Assembly (NCBI GenBank): GCA_964016885.1
Contig: OZ024741.1
Span: 147,994,001 to 148,058,000, forward strand
Direction of reading: 5' to 3'
Source of the DNA: Eledone cirrhosa
Taxonomy: Eukaryota
DNA length: 64,000 nt
The position numbers and the translations under genes were made by a program. The notes below the pieces were generated by a model that was given only the letters and a program-made list of their open reading frames with translations, had not been told where the DNA came from and searched no databases. The number at the start of each line of letters is the position of its first letter. Position 1 is the stretch's first letter. Shown here in pieces: positions 50,490 to 60,459 of the stretch.

Positions 50490-52706
50490 TCACTTACCTT
50501 GTTCGTGTGGTGAAGGGACAGTAGAACCGTCCCTTTCGCTGGTCATGGGTGTTTCCAAGAGGATGTCAGTGTATATCCTCTTGGTAACCGACCCTCTGAA
50601 GTCTCCAACTGCGTTGGGGAATTTTTGTTTTAAAGGTTTGTACTGTTCTATTGAGATTTCGATGATGCTTGTTTGTCGGGAGAGTTCTTGGTGTTGGTGG
50701 GGGTGTAGTAGTTTTTTTCTGTGATGTCTGTGTGCTGCTTTATATATTGTATGAGTTCTTTTTTTGCCATGTTTATGGCTGTGTACTTTTTTTTTTGGGG
50801 GGGGGGGGGATTTTGTTGCTGTTTTCTTCTTGTTGCTGTTTGGTGTGTGTGTCTTGTTGTGTTTGCGTTGTTGGTGTTTGGGTGATGCTGGTGGTGGTGT
50901 GGTTGTTGTCAGTGGTGCTTGTGGTGGTGATGGTGGTGGTGTTGCTGCAAGTTTCCTTGCTGCCTTTACCCCTCTTTGTATGCCTTCGCTTTTGGAGGGT
51001 GAATCTAAGGGTTTTTTTCTTTTTTCTTTTTTGTGGCAGACCGTTTGCCACTTCACTCCCGCCTCAACCTCCATGTCGGATTCTGTGGCGTCTGTGAGGG
51101 GTATGTGCTCCACGGCTGTTGGTGGTGGTAGTGGAGCCCTCTTCGGTAATTGTGTTGTTGGTGTAGCTACTTCAAATGTAGCTATTGGTGTTGCCGCCAC
51201 TGATGATGATGCTTTAGTTGTCCGTGGTCTCGGTACGGGTGCTACAGACGTTGCCCTCCTACTCACCGTGGAAGGGGCTTCTTCGTTTGTTGCCTTCCCT
51301 GCTCTTGGTAGCAGCGGACCAGGTATTGGAAGGAGAGGGGCCTTCTTCGCTGTCTTCTGCGGGCAACAGGCCCTGAGGTGACCCTTCGACCCACAGAGAT
51401 AGCATTTTGGCCGTCTTCCTTCTACACTTATAGGGAGTTGGAGTCCTTCCTCGATGTCTATGATATCGGGGATAGCGTCGATACATTCCTGGTCAGTTTG
51501 TATAAGTATTTGCATGCCTATACCTGACCAGTTCTCTCTCCCTATTTTCTCTACTTGCAGCATGGTCGCCCTGTTCTCGATTCCAGCGAGAACAGACGCG
51601 GCCAGCCAAGGTATGGGCACGTCGGGTGGGACCTGGGTCACTTTGACCCTCACAATTTTCTGCCCGCAGTAGGAGGGCACCAAGATTATCTCCTCACTCT
51701 TTAGGGTTTCCAAAGAGTGGGACTTTGCTTCCTGGGGGGTGGCGAAAAGTACGTCTACTGTGGCGTACTTTCTGCCTCGGGAGATGTGGGTTTTGCGTGC
51801 CCAGACGCACCCCAAGGCCTTTTGGATTTGAGCCTCCGTGGCTCTCTCCACTCGATGTGAGATTTTGTTTACTGTGCGGTAAATCACCGTCCGTAGTTGC
51901 TGGTCCTTGAAAAAATTGGGTGGAGGTTTCAGGGAAACTCTATTTGCGCTTCTTGTCACCATGGCCCTTGCGACTGCCATCTCCTCCTCTGTGACTAACA
52001 CTGTCTCGATATTTCGGGCGACACCTGCAAAAGAAGTGGTCCCTTTTTCAGCAGCACCACTATTGCTGCCGCTACTGGTCTTACTGGTGGTGCTGAGATC
52101 GCTATTACAGCTATCGGTGTCATTGTTGTTGTTTTCGTTGGTACAGTTGTTGGTGTTGTTGTTGTTGTTTTCGTTGATACTGTTGCTGCTGTTACTGTTA
52201 TTGTGGCTGTTGTTATTATTGTTGTTTTTGTTGATACTGTTCCTACTATTATTGCTGTTGTGGCTGTTGTTATTGTCATTGTTATTGTCGTTCTCGACCT
52301 TACCGCTGTTATTTTTGTTATTGTCGTTCTCGACCTTACCGCTGTTATTTTTATTATTGTCGTTCTCGACCTTACCGCTGTTATTTTTGTTATTGTCGTT
52401 CTCGACCTTACCGCTGTTATTTTTGGTGTTGTTGTTGTTATTGATGGTGTTGTTGTTGGTGTTGTTGTTGGTGTTATTGTTGGTGTTGTTTGTGTTAGAA
52501 ATATTTGTTAATTTTAAAACTGTAACAATCTTCTTTTCCTTTGTAATATTTTCGTTTATATTTACCTCCGCTGGAACGCTCTCTTGTTGACATGCTGATA
52601 AAGTCTCCCTCTCTCTGTGTTGTCTGACAGCGCTCTCTCCCTTTCTTGTGTTATCCATGTTGAAATTTTTCAAAAAAATATTTTTATATAAATACGAATA
52701 CGACAC
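50490..52706 (-). CDS. T3 ORF1 (gag-like nucleic-acid-binding protein with Asn-rich N-terminus)
   Basis: Open 738-codon frame with zinc knuckle CYLCGSKGHLRACC. Track start is not ATG; an in-frame ATG lies near 52658. Confidence 0.82.
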   Translation of the reverse strand: MSYSYLYKNIFLKNFNMDNTRKGESAVRQHRERETLSACQQESVPAEVNINENITKEKKIVTVLKLTNISNTNNTNNNTNNNTNNNTINNNNNTKNNSGKVENDNNKNNSGKVENDNNKNNSGKVENDNNKNNSGKVENDNNNDNNNSHNSNNSRNSINKNNNNNNSHNNSNSSNSINENNNNNTNNCTNENNNNDTDSCNSDLSTTSKTSSGSNSGAAEKGTTSFAGVARNIETVLVTEEEMAVARAMVTRSANRVSLKPPPNFFKDQQLRTVIYRTVNKISHRVERATEAQIQKALGCVWARKTHISRGRKYATVDVLFATPQEAKSHSLETLKSEEIILVPSYCGQKIVRVKVTQVPPDVPIPWLAASVLAGIENRATMLQVEKIGRENWSGIGMQILIQTDQECIDAIPDIIDIEEGLQLPISVEGRRPKCYLCGSKGHLRACCPQKTAKKAPLLPIPGPLLPRAGKATNEEAPSTVSRRATSVAPVPRPRTTKASSSVAATPIATFEVATPTTQLPKRAPLPPPTAVEHIPLTDATESDMEVEAGVKWQTVCHKKEKRKKPLDSPSKSEGIQRGVKAARKLAATPPPSPPQAPLTTTTPPPASPKHQQRKHNKTHTPNSNKKKTATKSPPPPKKKVHSHKHGKKRTHTIYKAAHRHHRKKLLHPHQHQELSRQTSIIEISIEQYKPLKQKFPNAVGDFRGSVTKRIYTDILLETPMTSERDGSTVPSPHEQGK
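52280..52423 (-). repeat. 36-bp coding tandem repeat x4 (NNSGKVENDNNK) in T3 ORF1
   Basis: ttctcgaccttaccgctgtt recurs with period 36. Confidence 0.88.
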
Positions 52707-52877
52707 CCCGTAAAGGGGTGCCGTATTATTTACTAGTGATCCCCTGTATTAGGTGGGTCACTTCTAAACTTTTATCAAATTTAAAACTTGAATAAAAGGT
52801 TTAGAACGGTTGAAAACGAGGTAAAACGTTGAAAAAAACTGGAGACGATAAGAAGCGTGGCTTCACCAACAACAATG

Positions 52878-52930
<53 letters not shown>

Positions 52931-52931
<1 letters not shown>

Positions 52932-55900
52932 TTTTCTTTATTAACCACAAGGGTTTACATAAAGTAGACATTAAGGACAGTACAGGACAATACAGGACGG
53001 TACAAATGGGCATTTCTGCGTGTAAAAAAACAGAGGTTGAAATAAAATAACAAAGAAAAATTCCCCAATAGGGGGGAGACTTCCAAGGGACATTTGTGGA
53101 GAAAGCCCATTAAAAGACCACAGTGGCCCTGACCACCAGGGCAAGTGCCCTCTCCCAGTTTTCCACCTTTAATTTACAGACACATACTCAGAGTAGGCCC
53201 AATCACTCGGGCCATACTTGCTTCTCTCACCCATCTTTCAACAAAATGCTGGGAAGAGAGCACTTCCCTCTCTACTCTGATTTTCCTTTTCAAATGAAAT
53301 TTGAAAAAGTTAATCAGGGTATCACCGAAGATGTAAGTGCTCGTCTCCAGCCCTTTCAAACTTGTCCCACCATACTATCTCTTTCGCCATGGCCACCAGA
53401 CAGATAAAAACTGCCTGCTCTTCCCGGCTAAAGGAAGAGGGCGGGGCAATCCTCACGATGGACTCAGCTGATAGCAGGATCCGTTCTACACGTGACAGCA
53501 GGTGTTCGACATAAACCCACAAGTCAGCAATGCTCGGACACTGGACGAGTGCTTGCAGGACGGTTTCGTCGCCCTGCGCGCATCTCGGACAAGCCCGGCT
53601 GACGGCACCTCCATGCTTGTAGAGTTTATCCCGAACTGGCAAAGCTCCTCGGTAGCACTGCCAGGCCACGGATTTCTGGAAGTTGTCCATAGGCCCCGGC
53701 CTGAAAGTCCTTCCGAAGAGATTGGCTAGTTGATTTTCGTCGACGCCTAGAGTTTCTCCAAGTACGTCGTCGCTCTTCCTCTCCACTAATCCCCTATAGA
53801 ACGCCAAGGTGGAGTTTCCACCAATCACATTGCCCGATTGGTCGAGGGCTGTGAGCGCCTGAAGACATTCCAGTCTCCAAGCGCTCCCTCTCGGTCTTTG
53901 CTTGACCCAGGACTGCAGCTCCGTCAAGGAGACGAGCTGGGGAAACGGCGACCACACCTGATCACCGTCGAGGAAGAGGTGGAGATGCCGTAGCCTGAGC
54001 GCGTGTCTGCGCATCATCAGCCACGGCATGCCCAGCCCTCCATGTAGCGGGTGTTGACAGCAGATGGACCTCCTGACCATCGGAGCGCGTCCCTTCCACA
54101 AAAAGCGAAAGAGCAAACGCTCCAGCGCAGTCAGGCGGGGCTTAGGACAAGGTACGACGGTCAGGCGGTAGTAGATGACGGACGCGATGTACGCGTTAGC
54201 CACCTCTGCTCGACCTTTCAGAGATAGCTTCCTCTCCGCCCATTTCTGGTTGAGAGAAGCCACCCTGCTCGTCACCTCGTCCCAGTTTTTGACCGTCTGG
54301 AGGTCCGGACCGAACCAGAGCCCTAGCAATTTAACCGGTCCGTCCGTCCAGCGCCTGACGACGCTGTTGGACAGCATGGACCTGCCTCTCCAGGTGCCGA
54401 GCTGCAGGCCCACTGACTTTTCCTGGTTGATCATTGCTCCTGTCACCGCTTCGTATTCTCTTAGTGTAGTGCCGATCGCCTCGATGTGTTTGGCGTTCGA
54501 CACCACTACGGTGACATCGTCCGCATATGCTGACACGGATCTTCCGCATCCTAGTTCGCGCGGGACCCCCCTCAACGTCTCCAGTTTGTGCAGTAATGGC
54601 TCGAGAGTCAATACGTACAAGAGGGGCGAGAGGGGACATACTTGGCGGACCGAGCGCATGATGTTGAACGGTTCCGAAAGGTGACCGTTCACTCTCACCA
54701 CAGAGCAGATGTCGCTGTGCATGGCAGCGATCCAGCCTCTGAAGACGGGCCCAAAGCCAGTCTCCCTCAGGACTGCCGCTAGGTAACGATGGTCGACCCT
54801 ATCGAAAGCTTTCGACTGATCTAAATTGATCAAGGACCCACCCGTGCCAGGTCCCCTAGCTACCCTCTCTACGATGTATCGCATGAGGTGCGGGTTGTCG
54901 TGGGTGGATCTGTCGGGAATGGCGCATGTCTGCGCCTCTCCCACCAGACCACCAACGACAAGCGCCAACCTCTTTGCTAGCACCTTGGCCAAAATCTTGA
55001 ACTCTGTGTTTAGCAGAGTTATGGGCCTAAAATTATCTATGTTATCCCCCTTGTTCGGATCCTTTCTCAGCAGCAGCCACCGCTATTCGGCTCACAGAGC
55101 TGGGAATTCTCCCGTTCTGTTGCCAGTTGCAGTAGACATCCGCCAAGAGGCCTCCGAACAAGTCTGGCATTTGTACGTAAAGTTCATAGGGCAGACCATC
55201 CAAACCAGGCGATTTACCCCTTGTGCAGCCAGTCATTTCTTCCCGTACTTCAGCGGCTGTTATCGGCTTTTCGCAACACTCCGCCTCAGTGGCCGAGAGC
55301 CGCGGCAGTCCGTCGAGGTAGACACTAAAGTCCCTTCCTCGATCCGGCCCGCCGCTGCCTCCGAACAGTTGAGCGAAGTGTCGCTGAAAAGCTTTACACA
55401 TTTTCCTGGGATCGAGTAGCATGCGCCCGTTGTGGTCCACCAAAGACCGGATCGTGGCTTTGTTGCCACGACGCGCCTCCGCCACTCGGGCCCATTGAAC
55501 GGCTTTCGTCCCCTCGTGTCTGAGAGTACGCACCCTAGCTCTGACAACGCAGCCTTCGTGCTTTGCATTGAAGAATTGGTCAAGGGCCAATTTCGCCGCA
55601 AGTACGTCGGTCGCGATGCCTTTGCAAAGCGCCTCGTCTAATTTTCTAACTAATTCTCCCTCTGCTCTATTTTTCTCTATTGCTAAAGCCTTACTAAACC
55701 TAATGGACTCTATTCTAATTGCTCTTTTCAGAGCAAACCACCACTTGTTGTTGACGATGGCCCCCGTCAACGCCCGCTTAACTAGTTCGCTAATCCGGTC
55801 TCTGTAGGCTTTGCGCGCTGGTAAGGACGCGTTTAGCTTCCAGTAGCTGGGTCCTCGTCTATGAAGCCTATCTAAGTCAAGCACACAGATCACGAATTTG

Positions 55901-58779
55901 TGGTCCGTGTAGCTGACTATCTTGAATTGTGGACAGCCTATGCTAGACCTATCTATTTCCCTACAAAATACTCTATCTAGATATGATCTGGATAACCCTA
56001 TGCGATTTGTCCAAGTCCACATTGGTACATTCGAGAAATCCAATCGGTACCTGTCAGACAGTTCAAAACGCCTGAGCAGGTTGGTGAGACTCTTGCACCC
56101 TCCTCTCCTATCCACTAATCCCACACAATCCCAGCGTGCATCTAAGATCCCGTTCCAGTCGCCCACTAACACTAAAGAGCGGGACGTTCCAAGAAAAATC
56201 TCCAGATGCCGGAAGAAATCAGGCCGCCCTGCTCTTGTCGGGGCATAGACGGCCACTAACCAGAAAGCTTGCCCGTCTCCGCTGGTCACGTCCAGCACCA
56301 CCAACTTACCTTCTGGGTCCAGGAAGATGGCCCGTATGGCAAGATCCAAACCTCTCCGAAAAAGCACAGCAACTCCTCCCCCCGATCCCGGACGGCTGGG
56401 AGATGCGTACACATCGTAGCCGCCGAAGATCGGTGCGAAGGCCCGTGCTTCGGAGAGTCTGGTCTCGCTGATGGCCACTACATCTATGTTTAGTGACCTG
56501 AGGTCGTTGAGCAGGTGGCCCTGCTTCCATGACGACCACAAGCCACGCGCATTTATGCTGCCTATTCTGAGTGAAGTCATGTTGAAATGGAGTGGAAAAG
56601 ATGGGAAAGACCACTTACCTTACTTCTCGTAGAGGAAGGATGGGTTTTCCATCCTTTTCACTGCTTGTGGCCTCCTCAGGAAGGATTTCCTTATAAATCC
56701 TCCTGGAGAGTGCTTGTCGGAAGTCTCCGATGTCTTTGGGGAATTTTTGTTTTAGTGTCATGTACGTTTTCTGTGTGATGCGAGTGATTTGTATGTGTGG
56801 AGGTTGGTGTGAATTTTTGGGTTGTTGTGTAGTCTTTTTCTGTGATGCTGGTGTTGTGTTGGATGTAGCGTAATAATTGGTTGTTGTTCAAATTTAATGC
56901 TGTGTAGTGTGTATCGTTTTGGTTGTTTTGTTTTGTTTGCGTTTGTTGTGGGTTTGTTTCTGTTTCGCATCTTGGTGACTTTTGTGGTGTAGGTGATGGT
57001 GGTGTTGGGGTTAATGATGGTGATGGCGTTGGTGTTTGGGGTGATGGGGTTGGTGATGGTGGTGTGGATGGTGGCATATCTGTCCTAACTTTTTTGTTTG
57101 TTAATTTATTTGTTTCCCTCTGTATTTTGTTTTTGGAGGGGGAAGGAAGAAATTTTTTTCTTTTTTGGTTTCTTTTTTTCTTTTTTCCTGATACCGTTTC
57201 CCACTCCTCGTCGTCACAATCTGTCTCCAGTTGTGATAGGCCGGGGAGTGGAAAATCCTCCACAGGCGTTAGTTTTGGTTGTGGCGTGGTGGATGGTGTA
57301 GGCGCTAGTGCTAGTTCTAGTGTGTTGGGTGGTGGTGGTGTTGGTTTTGCTACTGTTGCTGGGGTTGTTGCTGTTACAGTTGCTTCTGTTGTTGCTGCTA
57401 CAGTTGTTGCTGCCATCTCTGCTGCTGGTGGTGTTGATGGTTGAGTCACTGGGGTGGGTAGGAGAGGTGGCCTCAACCTTTTAGCCTCAGGGCAGAAAGC
57501 CCTTAGGTGGGTTCCTTCACCACAAACGACACACCTAGGCCTTCTGCCCTCGACAATTACGGTGAGGTGGCTGCCGTCAGTGAGGTCTATTACCTCTGGG
57601 ATCTCCTCAATGCTTTTTTGGTCCGCTTGGATCAGGTGCTCCATTCCAGATCCGGACCAGTTCTCCTGCTTTTCTTTTGCTATTGCTATTATCTTGGTGT
57701 TGGCTTCGATGCCGGCGAGGACGGCCGCTATTAGCCAGGGAATTTCGATGGCCGGTTGAACGTGGGTCACCCTGATCTTTACGAGTCTCTGGCCACAATA
57801 GCTTGGGACGAGTGTGAAGTCGTCACTTCTTAATGGGGCCATGGAGTGTTCTCTAGCCTCCTCTGGTGTTTCAAAGAACACGTCCACGGTTCCATACTTC
57901 TGCCCACGTCTGATGTGGGTTTTTCTTGCCCACACATGTCCCAAAGCTTTTTGGATTTGGGACTCGGATGCCCGTTCCACTCGGCGCGATTTTACATTAA
58001 TTGTTCGATACGACACGGTGCATAGGCGCCGATGCTCCATTTTATTAGGTGGGGGGTAAGGCTGACCCTGTACCCATCTTTCTTTACCATTTTTTTGGCA
58101 TTTTCTAATTCTTCCTGAGTTACCGTAAATGCTTCGCACTGTTTTGCTACTCTGGCAAAACTCAGGGTGGTTTTTTTAATGTCATTGTTGCTGTTGTTGT
58201 TATCGTTATTTTTGTTATTATTTCAGTTGTGGTGGTGGGGACGTCAGTGGTGTTCGTTGTGGAAGAGTCCATTTTGGTTGAAAACATTTCGACATCACGA
58301 GTTGATTTATTTTTTCCTTTTGTTTCTGTTGTCGCGGTGGTGGTGGGGCGGTGGTTGTCGCGGTGGTGGTGGTGGTGGTGGCGGATTAACACCTGCAGTC
58401 ATTGGTAATGGCGGGAAATGAATGTCTGCCTGAGACAAATTTATAATATTGCTACTGCTTAAATTTTTTGTGTTGGCAAACGTAGTAATATTTACAATGG
58501 TGGTGTCGGTGTGAGGTGTTAGTTTGTGAGGAAGTCTCTCAGCTGCTTGGTGCAGAGGTGAATTAGCCATTTTTTTTTCAAAGAAATTTTTTGATAATCA
58601 TAAAAGTTAAAATTTTGGGCACAAGGCCCCAATCTTTTTGGGTGTCCTTTTCGGAAAACAATGTATGTGCGCTTATAAACAGTTAACAATAAAATTTTCC
58701 ATAAATGGCAATTTTTAACAAACGGAAATAACAAACCTTTGCGGAGCTCACGATGATACGATTTACTACGTAGGTCGCC
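52931..58779 (-). mobile_element. Tx1-clade element family A, full-length copy T4
   Basis: ORF1 ~56621-58570 (zinc knuckle CVVCGEGTHLRAFC, frameshifted). ORF2 53174-56580 (APE plus RT, frameshifted). Flanked by AAT arrays. Confidence 0.93.
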
Positions 58780-58803
58780 AATAATAATAATAATAATAAT
58801 AAT

Positions 58804-59754
58804 GATTTCTTTATTGACCACAAGGGCTGATATCAAGAAAAACATTACAGACGGCACAGGACGGTACAGGACGGTACGATGTCGGTTTTGTGCGTGTAAA
58901 TATTTTTATTATTTATATAAGAAAAGATAAAAAAAAACATAGAAACATATATATATATATATAAACAATAAAAATGAAAATTGAAACAATGAAAAATTCG
59001 CCAATAGGGGGAGGAACCTCCGAGGGTTACTCGTGGCGAAAACCACACAAAAGACCACGGCGACCCTGACCACCAGGGCAAGCGCCCTCTCTCAATTTTT
59101 CCATTTCTCAAACTACAGACGTATATTCACTCGGACCATTCTCGCTACATTCGCCCATCTTTCAACAAACTTGCTAGAAGGCAGCACTTGCCTCTCCACC
59201 CTGATTTTCCTCTTCAAGTGAAACTTGAAAAAGTTAATTAGGGATTCGCCGAAGAGGAAAGTGTCTGTCTTTAACCCTTTTAACCTTGTCCACCACACAA
59301 TCTCTTTCGCCATGGCCACCAGGCAGATGAAAACCGCCTGCCCTTCCTCCTCGAAGGAAGATGGCGAGACCATCTGCACAATGAACTCAGTCGACAACCG
59401 GATCAGTCCTACACGCGACAGCAACTGTTCGACATAGCTCCACAAGTCAGCAATGCTCGGGCACTGAACGAGTGCGTGCACGACGGTTTCGTCGCTCTGC
59501 GCGCATCTCGGACAGGCTCGGCTGACAGCACTTCCGTGCCTGTAGAGCTTATCTCGAACCGGCAGGGCTCCCCGGTAGCACTGCCAGGCCAGGGATTTTT
59601 GGAAGTTATCCATAGGCCCCGGGCTGAAAGTTCTCCGAAAGAGAGCAAACAGCTGATCTTCTTCGACGCCCAGGATCTCTCCGAGAATGTCGTCGCTCTT
59701 CCCCTCCACTAGTCCTCTATAGAACGCCGAGGTGGATGTTCCACCGATACTGGT
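58804..59754 (-). mobile_element. Tx1 family B, 5'-truncated copy T5
   Basis: Matches 46743-47692. (AAT)8 on the 3' side and ataataat on the 5' side. Confidence 0.9.
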
Positions 59755-60459
59755 GATAATAATGCACATGGTGGATATATCGTTATGGAATCGCTCCCGT
59801 AAGTTTTTGATTTTTACTTATTTAAAACAACTGTGATAGAATAATTCTTATTACAAATGAAGTATAAGATTACAGTTTTAACGCTCAGCAAGCCACAACG
59901 CATCACATTACGGCATAGGGCCCCAATATTTAATTTTGGTTCAGAAATGTTATAGTCGAAAAAGAGAAAAATGACAAAATGGCTAAGTGGACAGACAAGC
60001 AAATAATTTCACCACCAACACCATCACCACTACCACGCCAAAAACTCTAGTCAAGTTACCTCAACTTCTATTTCTACTTCAACTTCAACACCATCAATAC
60101 AGTACTACGATCACATCACCACCACCACTGCCTCATTATCGCTACCGCCGCTATTCTCTCCCACTACCTACTGCTAAGACAGGAATCGTAGTATCCCCAC
60201 TAAAAGAGGAAGGCATCAAAATATATAAATAGACTGATTTGATGACCCGGTCAAAAAATCAAAAAACCAAAAATCAAAATCAAAACAGCACAGCAGCAAC
60301 GAAAAATGTAAAGAAAAGAAAAAAGAAAAGAAAAACAAACAGACAGACAGAAAAGGAAAAAAAACTAAGTTAGACATTCAAACATTACATTGCAATGAAA
60401 CTTATGCTTATTCTTTTTTGTTTTTTTTTTACCTATTTGTTTGTTTGTTTATTTATGTT

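Larger units (their letters stand above)
46743..52867 (-). mobile_element. Tx1-clade element family B, full-length copy T3
   Basis: ORF1 50490-52706 plus ORF2 47035-50457. Flanked by (AAT)8 and an AAC/AAT array at 52868-52930. Confidence 0.93.

Noticed and set aside
50669-52590. Plus-strand Leu/Val/Gly-rich ORFs (also 44640-45155, 56923-57444)
   Set aside because: They are antisense shadows of low-complexity Tx1 ORF1 tracts.
38368-58779. LTR retrotransposon, suggested by repeated ~250-bp terminal blocks
   Set aside because: The repeats are 3' UTRs of separate non-LTR copies. ORF2 has APE plus a LINE-type RT and no integrase or protease.
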